This document shows, one piece after another, positions 21,303-34,913 of a stretch of DNA of 64,000 bases. Made by a program: the position numbers and the translations under genes. The DNA is from Frankiaceae bacterium (GTDB lineage Bacteria > Actinomycetota > Actinomycetes > BP-191): NCBI GenBank assembly GCA_035940575.1, contig DASZER010000011.1, positions 315 through 64,314 of the forward strand, read 5' to 3'. Each line of letters begins with the position of its first letter. Within the stretch, counting starts at the first letter, position 1. The notes below the pieces were generated by a model, which made no database searches, had not been told where the DNA came from, and was given only the letters and a program-made list of their open reading frames with translations.

Positions 21303-21509
21303 GTGGGGACGATCAGGTCGGGAGCGCTCGACTCCCTCGGCTACGACGCCGACACGGCGGTGCTCACGGTGTCGTTCGCCGACGGCGGGACGTACGAGTA
21401 CTACGGCGTGCCGCGCCGCCTCTACGAGCGCCTGCTCGCCGCGCAGCCGCACCCGTGGTCCGCGCTCGGCGCCGAGGTGCGGCGCCACCCGTTCCGGCGC
21501 GTCGACTAG
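21303..21509 (+). CDS. KTSC domain protein
   Basis: SLGYDADTAVLTVSFADGGTYEYYGVP matches the KTSC pattern. Confidence 0.8.
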   Translation: MGTIRSGALDSLGYDADTAVLTVSFADGGTYEYYGVPRRLYERLLAAQPHPWSALGAEVRRHPFRRVD

Positions 21510-21874
21510 TCGAACGACGGCGAGAGCGGGCCGAGCTTCAGCGCGACGTAGACCTCGGCGAGCACCAGCGCCGCGACCGCGAGCCTCGCGGCGACCAGCG
21601 ACGCGCGCGGCGAGCCGTCGACCCGGCGGACGGTCGCGCCGACGACGAGCCCGAGGAACGCGAGGACGGCGGTCTTCCCGAGCACCCCCGCGACGCCCTG
21701 GCGGTACTTCGTCTCCTCGTCGTTGACGAACGAGAAGCCGATCCACAACGCCTGCAGCGTCGCGAGCACGATCGCGAGGACGGCCGTCGTCGTGTACGCC
21801 ACCCACTTGCGGGGCGGGCGCCACAGGCCCGTCTCCTCGGTGGTGTCCCGCGTCCTCTCGGCGGTCTGGGTCAT
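21506..21874 (-). CDS. Hypothetical 3-TM membrane protein (paralogue A)
   Basis: RBS GGAGG; three hydrophobic segments; ends LKLGPLSPSFD. Confidence 0.7.
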   Translation of the reverse strand: MTQTAERTRDTTEETGLWRPPRKWVAYTTTAVLAIVLATLQALWIGFSFVNDEETKYRQGVAGVLGKTAVLAFLGLVVGATVRRVDGSPRASLVAARLAVAALVLAEVYVALKLGPLSPSFD

Positions 21875-21883
21875 CGTCGCCTC

Positions 21884-22246
21884 CTAGTCGAACGACGGCG
21901 CGAGCGGTCCGAGCCTCAGCAGCGCGTACGCCTCCACGATCGCGAGCGCGGCAAGCACGACCGCGCCGACGGCGCGCGACGTGCGCCCGCGACCGTGGGC
22001 GGTGCCCACGACGGCGGTGACGCCGAGCACCAGCAGGGCCACCGCGCCCGCGGGCCAGAGGACCCGCCCGACGCTCATCTCGTACAGCGCCTCGTCGGTG
22101 TGCTCGAAGTGGATCGAGGAGCCGACGCCCTGGACCAGGACGAGCACCGCGGCGGCCGCCGCGAGCGGGGTGACGCGGTCGCGGCTCTCCTGCGGGCTCT
22201 GCGCCGGTGCCGTTCGTTCGTGGGGACGGGTCTGCGTCTGGGTCAT
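21884..22246 (-). CDS. Hypothetical 3-TM membrane protein (paralogue B)
   Basis: RBS GGGAGG; ends LRLGPLAPSFD. Confidence 0.7.
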   Translation of the reverse strand: MTQTQTRPHERTAPAQSPQESRDRVTPLAAAAAVLVLVQGVGSSIHFEHTDEALYEMSVGRVLWPAGAVALLVLGVTAVVGTAHGRGRTSRAVGAVVLAALAIVEAYALLRLGPLAPSFD

Positions 22247-22297
22247 CGCGGCCTCCCTCGTCGGCGCGGGTCTACCCGGCGCCGGGGGCGGTACGCG

Positions 22298-22930
22298 TCA
22301 GGCCTTGGACTTCGAGCGCAGCGTCGGCTTCTGCTCGAGGTTGCCCAGGCCGTTCCAGGCGAGGTTGACGAGGTGCGCGGCGACGTCGTCGCGCGACGGC
22401 TTGCGCGCGTCGACCCACCACTGCCCGACGAGCGCGACCATGCCGACGAGCGCGTGCGAGTAGATCGGCGCGAGCTTGGGGTTGTAGCCGCGCGCCTTGA
22501 ACTGCGCGGCGAGGATGTGCTCGACCTGCGTCGCGATGTCGCCGATGACCGACGCGAAGAGCCCCGTCGTCGAGGCGACCGGGGACTCGCGGACGAGGAT
22601 GCGGAAGCCGTCGGTCTGCGTCTCGATGTACGCGAGCAGCGCGCCCGCCGCCTGCTCCAGCAGCACGCGCGGGTGGTCGCCGATGAGCGAGTGCGTGATG
22701 TCGTCGATGAGCCGCTGGACCTCGCGGTCCTTGACGACGGCGTAGACGCCTTCCTTGGAGCCGAAGTGCTCGTACACGATCGGCTTCGAGACGCCGGCGC
22801 GGTGGGCGATCTCCTCGATCGACGTCGCCTCGAAGCCGCGTTCGGCGAACAGCTCGCGCGACACGTCCAGGAGCTGCGCGCGGCGCTGCTGCCCGGTCAT
22901 GCGTACGCGTTTGGTCCCCTCGTCGCTCAC
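22298..22930 (-). CDS. TetR/AcrR-family transcriptional regulator
   Basis: HTH segment LFAERGFEATSIEEIAHRAGVSKPIVYEHFGSKEG. Confidence 0.9.
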   Translation of the reverse strand: MSDEGTKRVRMTGQQRRAQLLDVSRELFAERGFEATSIEEIAHRAGVSKPIVYEHFGSKEGVYAVVKDREVQRLIDDITHSLIGDHPRVLLEQAAGALLAYIETQTDGFRILVRESPVASTTGLFASVIGDIATQVEHILAAQFKARGYNPKLAPIYSHALVGMVALVGQWWVDARKPSRDDVAAHLVNLAWNGLGNLEQKPTLRSKSKA

Positions 22931-22943
22931 GCGGGGGACTGTC

Positions 22944-23876
22944 TCACGCGCGCGCCTTGTCGAGGCGCTCGCGCGTCGGCCAGCGGACGTCGTACGCCAG
23001 GCCGGTCTTCTCGAACAGCCAGATCAGCCGAGCCGACGAGTCGAGCTGGCCGCGGTCGACGCCGTGGCGCGCGGCGGTCGGGTCGGCGTGGTGGAGGTTG
23101 TGCCACGACTCGCCCATGCTGATGACCGCGAGCGGCCAGAAGTTCGTGCTCTTGTCGCGCGTCTTGAACGGCCTGTTGCCGAACGTGTGGCACAGCGAGT
23201 TGATGCTCCACGTCACGTGGTGCAGCACGAACACGCGGACCAGCGAGCCCCAGAAGAACGCCGTCAGCATCCCGGCGAGCGACTGCGTGATCGCGAGGCC
23301 GAGGAACGCCGGCAGCAGCAGCGACACCGCGACGAGCGCGGGGAACATGCGGTGGATCCGTACGAGGTCGTCGTCGGCGAGCAGGTCGGGCGCGTAGCGC
23401 TCCAGCGACGTCTGCTGCGGGTCGAACAGCCACCCGATGTGCGCGTGCCACAGGCCCTTCATCTGGGCCTTGAAGCCCTCGCCGTACTCGTGCGGCGAGT
23501 GCGGGTCGCCCGGCCTGTCGCTGAACGCGTGGTGGCGGCGGTGGTCGGCGACCCAGCGGATGACCGGGCCCTCGACCGCGAGCGAGCCGGCGACCGCGAG
23601 CGCGATCTTCAACGGCCGCTTGGCCTTGAACGACCCGTGCGTGAAGTAGCGGTGGAAGCCGACCGTGATGCCGTGGCCCGCCACCTCCAGCATGCCGACC
23701 GCGATCAGCACGTCGACCCAGCCGATGCCGTGGCCCCAGAGGACGAAGCCGCTCGCCAGCACCGCCGCGAACGGCAGCACGACGAACAGCACGAGAGCCG
23801 TCTGCTCCCAGCTCTTCTTCGGCTCCGTGGGGATGACGGGCGCGGCGGTCTCGATGCGATCGGAGAGCAGGGTCAT
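22944..23876 (-). CDS. Acyl-CoA (delta-9-type) fatty acid desaturase
   Basis: His boxes HRYFTH, HRRHH and HNLHH; GDPHSP. Confidence 0.92.
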   Translation of the reverse strand: MTLLSDRIETAAPVIPTEPKKSWEQTALVLFVVLPFAAVLASGFVLWGHGIGWVDVLIAVGMLEVAGHGITVGFHRYFTHGSFKAKRPLKIALAVAGSLAVEGPVIRWVADHRRHHAFSDRPGDPHSPHEYGEGFKAQMKGLWHAHIGWLFDPQQTSLERYAPDLLADDDLVRIHRMFPALVAVSLLLPAFLGLAITQSLAGMLTAFFWGSLVRVFVLHHVTWSINSLCHTFGNRPFKTRDKSTNFWPLAVISMGESWHNLHHADPTAARHGVDRGQLDSSARLIWLFEKTGLAYDVRWPTRERLDKARA

Positions 23877-23908
23877 GGGCTACGTCCAAATCGGTGGAGG
23901 GGCCTTTG

Positions 23909-23940
23909 CTACGCCACCGTAACCTACCGAACCGTAACCT
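23909..23940. promoter_or_regulatory. Tandem 15-bp direct repeat, putative operator
   Basis: CTACGCCACCGTAAC followed by CTACCGAACCGTAAC in the desaturase/tRNA-Gln divergent intergenic region. Confidence 0.45.
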
Positions 23941-23978
23941 GGCAACCCGGACGCCGCCGCTACGATTGCCTGGCGCGT

Positions 23979-24055
23979 TGGGGAGTGGTGTAAGTAGGCG
24001 AGCACGGGGTCCTTTGGAGTCTCAGGTTCAGGTTCGAGTCCTGGCTCCCCAGCCA
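23979..24055 (+). tRNA. tRNA-Gln(TTG)
   Basis: Acceptor TGGGGAG/CTCCCCA, anticodon loop CTTTGGA, T-loop TTCGAGT, encoded CCA; upstream of glmU. Confidence 0.92.
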
Positions 24056-24109
24056 CGCGGCGCCGCACGGGTAGACTGGAGCCCTTCCCCCCCGACGCCG
24101 AGGAGCCTC

Positions 24110-25444
24110 GTGCCGCCGTCCGCCGTGCCTCCGGCCGCGGTCGTGGTGCTCGCGGCAGGCGAGGGCACGCGCATGCGGTCCGCGCTCCCCAAGGTCCTCC
24201 ACCCGGTCTGCGGACGTTCGCTGCTCGCGCACGTGCTCGCCGCCGTCGAGCCGCTGAACGCGACGCACACGCTCGTCGTCGTCGGCCACGGGCGCGACGA
24301 GGTGACCGCGGCGCTGCCCGAGGGCGTGACGGCGGTCGTCCAGGAGGAGCAGCGCGGGACCGGCCACGCGGTGCGGGTCGCGCTCGACGCGGTGCCCGGC
24401 CTCGACGGCACGGTCGTGGTGACGTACGGCGACATGCCCCTGCTGCCGACGGAGACGCTGGAGCGGCTCGTCGCCGAGCACGAGGGCGGCGCGACGGTGC
24501 TGACGGCGCGCTTCGCGGACCCGTTCGGCTACGGGCGGATCGTGCGCGACGCCGACGGCTACGTCTCCGCGATCGTCGAGGAGCGCGACGCGACCGACGA
24601 GCAGCGCGCGATCGGCGAGGTCAACGGCGGCGTCTACGCGTTCGACGCGAACGCGCTCAGGGACGCGTTGGGACGGCTCTCGACCGACAACGCGCAGGGC
24701 GAGGAGTACCTCACCGACGTCGTCGCGCTGATCGGCCGCGCGAAGCCGGTCGTGGGTGTCGAGGAGGAGCTGGCCGGGGTCAACGACCGCGCGCAGCTCG
24801 CCGCCGTCGGCGCGGTCCTGCGCGACCGGACGCTGCTGGCGCTGATGCGCTCGGGCGTCACGGTGGTCGACCCGTCGACCACGTGGGTCGACGCGACGGT
24901 GACCATCGAGCCCGACGTGACGATCGAGCCGTTCACCCGGCTGCGCGGCACGACGCGCGTCGAAAGCGGCGCGGTCGTGGGCCCGCACGCGGAGGTCGTG
25001 GACGCGGTGATCGGACCGGGCGCGACCGTCGGGCCGTTCGCGTACCTGCGCCCGGGCACCGTCCTCGGCCGCAAGGCGAAGGCGGGGACGTACGTCGAGA
25101 TCAAGGCCAGCACGATCGGCGCGGAGACGAAGGTGCCGCACCTGTCGTACGTGGGCGACGCGACCATCGGCGAGCGTACGAACATCGGAGCGGCGACGGT
25201 CGTCGTGAACTACGACGGCCGCGACAAGCACAAGACGGTCATCGGCGACGACGTGCGCATCGGCAGCGACACGATGCTCGTCGCGCCGGTCGAGGTCGGC
25301 GACGGCGCGTACACGGCCGCCGGGTCCGTCATCACGAAGAACGTCCCGGCGGGCGCGCTCGGCGTCGGCAGGGCGTACCAGCGGAACGTCGAAGGTTGGG
25401 TCGCGCGCCGGCGCGGCGCCACGCGAGAGGGAGCGGAATCGTGA
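24110..25444 (+). CDS. glmU: Bifunctional UDP-GlcNAc pyrophosphorylase / glucosamine-1-phosphate acetyltransferase
   Basis: [36 protein letters not shown] and NYDG motifs; RBS AGGAG. Confidence 0.95.
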   Translation: MPPSAVPPAAVVVLAAGEGTRMRSALPKVLHPVCGRSLLAHVLAAVEPLNATHTLVVVGHGRDEVTAALPEGVTAVVQEEQRGTGHAVRVALDAVPGLDGTVVVTYGDMPLLPTETLERLVAEHEGGATVLTARFADPFGYGRIVRDADGYVSAIVEERDATDEQRAIGEVNGGVYAFDANALRDALGRLSTDNAQGEEYLTDVVALIGRAKPVVGVEEELAGVNDRAQLAAVGAVLRDRTLLALMRSGVTVVDPSTTWVDATVTIEPDVTIEPFTRLRGTTRVESGAVVGPHAEVVDAVIGPGATVGPFAYLRPGTVLGRKAKAGTYVEIKASTIGAETKVPHLSYVGDATIGERTNIGAATVVVNYDGRDKHKTVIGDDVRIGSDTMLVAPVEVGDGAYTAAGSVITKNVPAGALGVGRAYQRNVEGWVARRRGATREGAES

Positions 25445-26418
25445 CGGGCCTGGAGATCGCCGGCCACAAGACGTTGATGCTGTTCTCGGGGCGGGGGTAC
25501 CCCGAGCTCGCGGACGAGGTGGCGGAGAACCTCGGCTGCCAGCGGTCGCCGGTGACGTTGTACGACTTCGCGAACGGCGAGACGTACTGCCGCTTCGAGG
25601 AGTCCGTGCGCGGGTCGGACGCGTTCGTGCTGCAGAGCTACGCCGACGACCTCAACACCGGCGTCATGGAGCAGCTCATCATGTGCGACGCGCTCAAGCG
25701 CGCGTCGGCGAAGCGCATCACGGTCGTCACGCCGTTCTACCCGTACTCGCGCCAGGACAAGAAGACGATGGCGCGCGAGCCCATCTCGGCGAAGCTGATG
25801 GCCGACCTGTTCCGCGCCGCAGGGGCGAACCGGATCATGGCGATCGACCTCCACACGCCGCAGATCCAGGGCTACCTCGACGCGCCGCTCGACCACCTGA
25901 CCGCGCTGCCGTTGCTGTCCGACCACATCGCCGAGCACGGCGACCTCGACAACGTCACCATCGTCTCGCCCGACGCGGGTCGCGTGCGCGTCGCGGAGAA
26001 GTACACCGACCGCCTCGGCACGCCGCTGGCGATCATCCACAAGCGCCGCGACCCTCGGGTCGCGAACCAGGCCAAGGTGTTCAGCGTCGTCGGCCAGGTC
26101 GAGGGGCGCTCCTGCATCCTCGTGGACGACATGATCGACACCGGCGGCACGATCGTGAAGGCGGCGGACGCGCTGTTCGAGCAGGGCGCCGCGGAGGTGC
26201 GGGTCGCGGCGACGCACGGCATCTTCAGCGGCCCCGCGGTCGACCGGCTCAAGAACAGCCGGATCAGCGAGGTCATCGTCACGAACACGCTGCCGATCAC
26301 GCCGGAGAAGCAGTTCGACAAGCTCACGGTGCTGTCGATCGCGCCGATCCTCGCCGCCGCGATCCGCGCCGTCTTCGACGACTCGACGGTCTCCGGCCTG
26401 TTCGACGGCACGAACTAG
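25441..26418 (+). CDS. prs: Ribose-phosphate pyrophosphokinase
   Basis: [27 protein letters not shown] and DDMIDTGGT motifs. Confidence 0.95.
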   Translation: MTGLEIAGHKTLMLFSGRGYPELADEVAENLGCQRSPVTLYDFANGETYCRFEESVRGSDAFVLQSYADDLNTGVMEQLIMCDALKRASAKRITVVTPFYPYSRQDKKTMAREPISAKLMADLFRAAGANRIMAIDLHTPQIQGYLDAPLDHLTALPLLSDHIAEHGDLDNVTIVSPDAGRVRVAEKYTDRLGTPLAIIHKRRDPRVANQAKVFSVVGQVEGRSCILVDDMIDTGGTIVKAADALFEQGAAEVRVAATHGIFSGPAVDRLKNSRISEVIVTNTLPITPEKQFDKLTVLSIAPILAAAIRAVFDDSTVSGLFDGTN

Positions 26419-26427
26419 GAAACCGGT

Positions 26428-26455
26428 AGGGGCGGGTCCCGAAGGGCCCGCCCCT
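26428..26455 (+). terminator. Hairpin terminator after prs
   Basis: AGGGGCGGGTCC-CGAA-GGGCCCGCCCCT stem-loop. Confidence 0.7.
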
Positions 26456-26460
26456 CACGA

Positions 26461-26517
26461 CTCTCGTGGTGCCGTCACGCGGTGGTGCCGTCTCTCGTGG
26501 TGCCGTCTCGCGGTGCC
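26461..26517. repeat. Short imperfect tandem repeat
   Basis: GTGGTGCCGTC occurs 3 times at about 15-16 bp spacing, plus a partial fourth copy. Confidence 0.6.
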
Positions 26518-26553
26518 CGGCGTCGGCCGGGCCGTTGCCGTCTGGGGGAGATG

Positions 26554-27123
26554 CTAGCGGGTGGAGGTGGTGTAGTCAGCGTCCTCCTCGAAGCCTTCGC
26601 GGTCGGCGATGCGGTCGAGCAGGCCGCTGTAGAGGCCGATCGCCTCGCGGCCCACGCGGACGAGGTCCGCGTAGCTCTCCGGCAGCCTGCCGATCTCGCC
26701 GAGGCGGGTGAGGATCTCGTGGACCGCCTGCTGGTCGTCCGGCCCGAGGAAGTCCGACAGGTCGTCGAGGTCGTCGCCGAGGTGGGACGCGGTCTGCAAC
26801 GCCTGGCCGCGCAGGCGGCGCATCTGGTGCTTGCGATGCGGGTCCACGACGAGCCGCACCGCGCCGATGCGGAAGGCGCGGCGGCCGTAGCCGTCCTCGA
26901 GCATGTACGTCTCGAACTCGTCGATCCCGCGCTTGAAGAAGATCAGGGAGCGACGGGTCTCGAACCACGCGGCGCGGAATGCACGCCGCTGCGCCTGTTC
27001 GAGGTTCGTGCGGCTGCGGCGGGTCTCCAGGAAGGCGGCGCCACCGGCCATCGCGGAGAACAGCGCGATGCCGATGGAGAACGGGTCGGGGTCGACGCCG
27101 GGGCGTTCGGTCGTGTCGAGCAT
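26554..27123 (-). CDS. Hypothetical protein with N-terminal membrane anchor
   Basis: Coding-like codon bias; FSIGIALFSAMAGGAAF hydrophobic segment. Start uncertain. Confidence 0.6.
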   Translation of the reverse strand: MLDTTERPGVDPDPFSIGIALFSAMAGGAAFLETRRSRTNLEQAQRRAFRAAWFETRRSLIFFKRGIDEFETYMLEDGYGRRAFRIGAVRLVVDPHRKHQMRRLRGQALQTASHLGDDLDDLSDFLGPDDQQAVHEILTRLGEIGRLPESYADLVRVGREAIGLYSGLLDRIADREGFEEDADYTTSTR

Positions 27124-27190
27124 GGCGACGACGCTAGAGCGGTTCGCGGCTGTGGACGGAGAGTTGTCCACAACGCGCCACGTACGGCGC

Positions 27191-28690
27191 CTACGTCGCG
27201 CAGAAGAAGCCGTACTTCGCGAGGCCCTTGGGCAGCGGGGTGTCGGCGAGGCGGTCGCGGACGTACGTCGCGGGGCCGCGCCACGACGCAAACTGCGCCG
27301 CCGGCCGCCGGATGACCGGGTCCTTCTTCGAGTAGCGCGACGGCGCGGAGTTGCCCTCGACGAACGGCGCCTGGCCGATCTCGTTCGCGCCCTTGCCGGT
27401 GTACCGCAGGATGAACAGGCCGAGGTCGATGTCGACGACGTAGATCAGGCCGTTCTGCACGACCGGGTACGACCACATGGCGCCGGTCCAGCGCTCGGCG
27501 GTCCGGTAGAACAGCCGCGCGTCGCGGAAGTCGGGCTCGAACGTCGGCTTCGGCACGAACGCCCCCGCCTCCGACGGCTTCGACGGCTCGGCGATGTCGA
27601 CGGCACGCAGGCCGCCGCCGTACCAGGGGACGAGCGCGACGGACGGGAAGACGGTCTGGTTGTGCGAGGTGAACGTGCCGTTCAGCTCGCGCGAGCGCTG
27701 GCAGTCGTTCTCCTGCAGCTTGAACTCCGCGCCGGGGACGAGCCGCGGCGCGTTCTCGATCGACAGGTCCGCCATCCGCAGCCAGCCGAACGGGCAGCCC
27801 GACGACGCGACGCCCGGCGTGTAGACGTCGGCGTAGCCCTCCTGGACGAGGACGGCGTACGGCTTGCCGGGGACCTTGACGCCGCCGTGCACGTTGCCGA
27901 GGTACGTCGCGGGCACGCCGAGCGGGACGACGACGCCGGGCGAGCCCATGGCGAGCGTCGAGGTGTCGGCGACGTAGAAGCCGTAGTCCCACGTGCCGAG
28001 GTACGCGCGCGTGCCGTCGTCGCTCACCGACAGTGAGTGCAGGTAGCCGCCGGAGGAGTCGACGGCGTTGAGCGGCCGCGCGCTGTCGGCGACGGTGTCG
28101 AACGTCGCCGCGAGCGACGGCGCCTTCGGGTCGGTGATGTCGTACACGACGAGGTCGGGCGAGTAGATCGTGAACGCGAGGTACACGAGCGCGCGCCCCG
28201 GCTTCTTCGGGTCCTTCCAGAGGAAGAACTCGTGCGGCGAGCGCGGCCCGAAGTCGACGGTCGAGAGCAGCACCGGCTTGGCGCAGTTGCGGATGTCGTA
28301 GAGGTGCAGGTAGTTGCCGGTGGTCGAGCCGATGCCGTCGAGGGAGTACGTCATCACGACGAGCAGCCCGAGGCCCGCGTCGGCGCGCAGCTCGCGCTGC
28401 GTGGAGCCCGACTTCGCGGGGATGGTGCCGACCTGGCGGGGGCGCGAGGGGTTGCGCACGTCCACGATCGCGACGCCCGCGCGCTCGCCCCGGTCGCCGA
28501 CGTAGACGCAGCTCCCGGCGACGGCGATGGGGGAGTTCATGCCCCTGTTGCCGAGCGTCGTGCGGCCGACGAGCTGGAAGCTCTTGGCGGTGCCGTACTT
28601 CGACGGCAACGGCAGCGGCGCGGCCTGCGAGGGGGCGGCGAGCGAGGCGGCGACGGCGAGAGCCGTCACACCGGTGAGCAGCGTGCGCAT
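27191..28690 (-). CDS. Secreted LVIVD-repeat (beta-propeller) protein
   Basis: Signal peptide; repeated VAIVDVRNPSRP, LYDIRNCAKP, VVYDITDPKAP and LRAVDIAEPSKP units. Confidence 0.8.
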   Translation of the reverse strand: MRTLLTGVTALAVAASLAAPSQAAPLPLPSKYGTAKSFQLVGRTTLGNRGMNSPIAVAGSCVYVGDRGERAGVAIVDVRNPSRPRQVGTIPAKSGSTQRELRADAGLGLLVVMTYSLDGIGSTTGNYLHLYDIRNCAKPVLLSTVDFGPRSPHEFFLWKDPKKPGRALVYLAFTIYSPDLVVYDITDPKAPSLAATFDTVADSARPLNAVDSSGGYLHSLSVSDDGTRAYLGTWDYGFYVADTSTLAMGSPGVVVPLGVPATYLGNVHGGVKVPGKPYAVLVQEGYADVYTPGVASSGCPFGWLRMADLSIENAPRLVPGAEFKLQENDCQRSRELNGTFTSHNQTVFPSVALVPWYGGGLRAVDIAEPSKPSEAGAFVPKPTFEPDFRDARLFYRTAERWTGAMWSYPVVQNGLIYVVDIDLGLFILRYTGKGANEIGQAPFVEGNSAPSRYSKKDPVIRRPAAQFASWRGPATYVRDRLADTPLPKGLAKYGFFCAT

Positions 28691-28816
28691 GAGGGACCTC
28701 CGGCGGCTTTACGGGGCAGTTCGTCGGCGGAGGCCGGTTTCCTCTAGACTCCCCGATTTGGCGCGGGCGCAACGGCCGCGCGCCACCCCACGACGTTGAA
28801 AGCAAGGAGCAGTGCC

Positions 28817-29476
28817 GTGTCCGAGGTCCGCATCGCCGCCGAGCCGCGCACCGAGTTCGGCAAGGGTGGCGCGCGCCGCACCCGCCGGGCAGGGAAGGTT
28901 CCCGCCGTCCTCTACGGGCACGGCTCCGACGTCCGCCACATCTCGCTTCCCGCGCGCGAGCTGCAGCACGCGTTCAAGGGCGAGAGCGGCGTCAACGTCC
29001 TCCTCTCGCTCGACCTCCCGGACGGCCACGAGCTCGCGCTGCCCCGGCAGGTCCAGCGCGACCCGCTGCGCGGCGACCTGACCCACATCGACCTGCTGCT
29101 CGTCCGCAAGGGCGAGAAGGTCTCGGTCGACGTCCCGATCGTGCTCGTCGGCGAGGCGCCGGCGGCCAAGGCGGGCGGCGCGCTCGACCAGCAGGCGACG
29201 TTCCTGCACGTCGAGGCCGAGGCGACGCACATCCCGACGCAGCTCGAGGTCGACATCTCCGGCCTCACCGAGATCGGCGCGCACGGCATCCTCGCGTCGG
29301 ACGTGAAGCTGCCCGAGGGCACGACGCTGCTCAGCGACCCCGAGGCGATCGTCGTGCACGTCGTCGGCGCGATGGCCGACGAGCCCGTCGACGAGGCGGT
29401 GGACGCGGCGTCCGAGGAGGACACCGAGGCCGGCACGGGTGAGGCGGCCGAGGGCGAGACCCCGGCCGGCGAGTAG
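28817..29476 (+). CDS. rplY: 50S ribosomal protein L25 / general stress protein Ctc
   Basis: [30 protein letters not shown] and an acidic tail; RBS AAGGAG. Confidence 0.95.
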   Translation: MSEVRIAAEPRTEFGKGGARRTRRAGKVPAVLYGHGSDVRHISLPARELQHAFKGESGVNVLLSLDLPDGHELALPRQVQRDPLRGDLTHIDLLLVRKGEKVSVDVPIVLVGEAPAAKAGGALDQQATFLHVEAEATHIPTQLEVDISGLTEIGAHGILASDVKLPEGTTLLSDPEAIVVHVVGAMADEPVDEAVDAASEEDTEAGTGEAAEGETPAGE

Positions 29477-29478
29477 CC

Positions 29479-30063
29479 ATGGGCGAGGGCCCGGCGCTGG
29501 TCGTCGGGCTCGGCAACCCCGGCCCGCGCTACGCAGGCAACCGGCACAACGTCGGCTTCATGGTGCTCGACGAGCTCGCCCGGCGGGTCGGCGCGTCGTT
29601 CAAGGCGCACCGCGGCCGCGCGGACGTCATCGAGGCGCGCCTCGGCGACTCCCGCGCGATCCTCGCCAAGCCGAAGTCGTACATGAACGAGTCGGGCGGG
29701 CCCGTCGCGTCGCTGCGCGACTTCTTCAAGGTGGCGGCGCCCGACATCGTCGTCGTGCACGACGAGCTCGACATCCCGTACGCCACGTTGCGGCTCAAGC
29801 TCGGCGGCGGCGACAACGGCCACAACGGCCTGAAGTCGATCACGAAGTCGATCGGCACCCGCGAGTACCACCGCGTGCGCTTCGGCATCGGCCGCCCGCC
29901 CGGGCGGCAGGACCCCGCCGACTTCGTCCTCAACGACTTCTCCACGGTGGAGCGCAGGGAGCTGCCGTTCCACCTCGACCGGGCCGCCGACGCGGTCGAG
30001 GCGCTGCTCGCGAAGGGCCTCGCGGCGGCGCAGAACGAGTTCCACGGCGCCGGCGACGCGTGA
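29479..30063 (+). CDS. pth: Peptidyl-tRNA hydrolase
   Basis: VGLGNPG, RHNVGF, YMNESG, HDELD and [11 protein letters not shown] motifs. Confidence 0.97.
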   Translation: MGEGPALVVGLGNPGPRYAGNRHNVGFMVLDELARRVGASFKAHRGRADVIEARLGDSRAILAKPKSYMNESGGPVASLRDFFKVAAPDIVVVHDELDIPYATLRLKLGGGDNGHNGLKSITKSIGTREYHRVRFGIGRPPGRQDPADFVLNDFSTVERRELPFHLDRAADAVEALLAKGLAAAQNEFHGAGDA

Positions 30064-30656
30064 CCGTCGTACGGCTCGGGGAGGCCGACCTCGCGCGCGC
30101 GGCCGAGGTGGTCGGCGACGGGTTCTTCGCGGACCCCCTGCTCGCGTACGCGATCCCCGACGACGACGACCGGCGCACGCTCGCGCCCGCGCACTTCCTC
30201 CCCGTCGCGCGGCTCGCGTTCCAGGTCGGCGAGGTCTGGTGGGACGGCGACGCCGTCGCCTGCTGGCTGCCGCCGGGCCACCACGACGCGACGGAGGACG
30301 AGGCCGTCGCGGCCGGGCTCGACCGGATGGCCGACCACGTCGGCGCCGAGCCGGCCGCGCGCCTGGACGGCGTCTTCGACCACCTCCGCGAGCGCCGCCT
30401 CGCGCTCGGCGTGCCCGACCACTGGTACCTCGCGCTGCTCGGCGTCCGGACGTCCGCGCAGGGGCGCGGGCTCGGCGGCGCGGTGATCGCGCCGCGGCTG
30501 GCGCTGGCGGACGAGGCCGGCGAGTGGTGCTTCCTCGAGACCCTGGGAGAGCGGAACGTGCCCTTCTACGAACGCCACGGGTTCGACCTGGTCGAGTCGG
30601 GCGTCGAGCCCGGCAGCGGGCTGCCGTACTGGATGCTCCTGCGGAGGCCGAGATGA
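30060..30656 (+). CDS. GNAT-family N-acetyltransferase
   Basis: [15 protein letters not shown] and [10 protein letters not shown] motifs. Confidence 0.85.
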   Translation: MTVVRLGEADLARAAEVVGDGFFADPLLAYAIPDDDDRRTLAPAHFLPVARLAFQVGEVWWDGDAVACWLPPGHHDATEDEAVAAGLDRMADHVGAEPAARLDGVFDHLRERRLALGVPDHWYLALLGVRTSAQGRGLGGAVIAPRLALADEAGEWCFLETLGERNVPFYERHGFDLVESGVEPGSGLPYWMLLRRPR

Positions 30657-31384
30657 GCAACTGGGCTAGCGGCGACGCGTACGAGCCGTTCATAGGCCGG
30701 TGGAGCCGGCTGGTCGCGGCGGAGTTCGTGCCGTGGCTGGGCGTGCCGCCGGGCGCGCGCTGGCTCGACGTCGGCTGCGGCACCGGCGCGCTCACCTCGA
30801 CGGTCCTCGCGCTCGCGGAGCCGGCGAGCGTCGTGGGCGTCGACCCGTCGGGGGCGTTCGTCTCCTACGCCGCCGCGCGCGTGCCGCAGGCGGAGTTCCG
30901 CGTGGGCTACGCGGACGCGACGGGCCTGGACGACGGCGCGGTCGACGTGGCCGTCGCGGGCCTGGTGCTGAACTTCGTGCCCGACCCGGCGGCCGCCGTC
31001 GCGGAGCTGCGGCGGGTGGCGCGGCACACGGTCGGCGCGTACGTCTGGGACTACACGGGCGGCATGGAGATCCTGCGGCACTTCTGGGACGCCGCCCGCT
31101 CCCTCGACCCCGGCGTGGCCGACGAGGACTTCCCGCTGTGCAGGCCGGGCGCGCTGGCGGAGCTCCTCGGCGGCGAGGCGCGCGCGATCGACGTGCCCGC
31201 CGTCTTCGAGGACTTCGAGTCGTACTGGGCGCCGTTCCTCGGCGGCACCGGGCCGGCGCCCGCGTACGTCGCCTCGCTCGACGACGAGCGGCGGGACGCG
31301 CTGCGCGAGGCGGTCCGCGAGCGGGTAGGGGAGCGGCCCTCGCTCAACGCCCGCGCGTGGGCGGTGCGCGCGCGGGTGACGTAG
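30653..31384 (+). CDS. Class I SAM-dependent methyltransferase
   Basis: WLDVGCGTGAL, GVDPS and LVLNFVPD motifs. Confidence 0.88.
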   Translation: MSNWASGDAYEPFIGRWSRLVAAEFVPWLGVPPGARWLDVGCGTGALTSTVLALAEPASVVGVDPSGAFVSYAAARVPQAEFRVGYADATGLDDGAVDVAVAGLVLNFVPDPAAAVAELRRVARHTVGAYVWDYTGGMEILRHFWDAARSLDPGVADEDFPLCRPGALAELLGGEARAIDVPAVFEDFESYWAPFLGGTGPAPAYVASLDDERRDALREAVRERVGERPSLNARAWAVRARVT

Positions 31385-31442
31385 GCTCGGCGCACACCCC
31401 CCGGCGCCGCGCCGTGCGGGGCTTTCGTCGTGAGAGGACGCC

Positions 31443-34909
<3,467 letters not shown>

Positions 34910-34913
<4 letters not shown>

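Noticed and set aside
26461-26517. Possible CRISPR array
   Set aside because: The repeats are only 11 bp with 4-5 bp spacers, and no cas genes are present.
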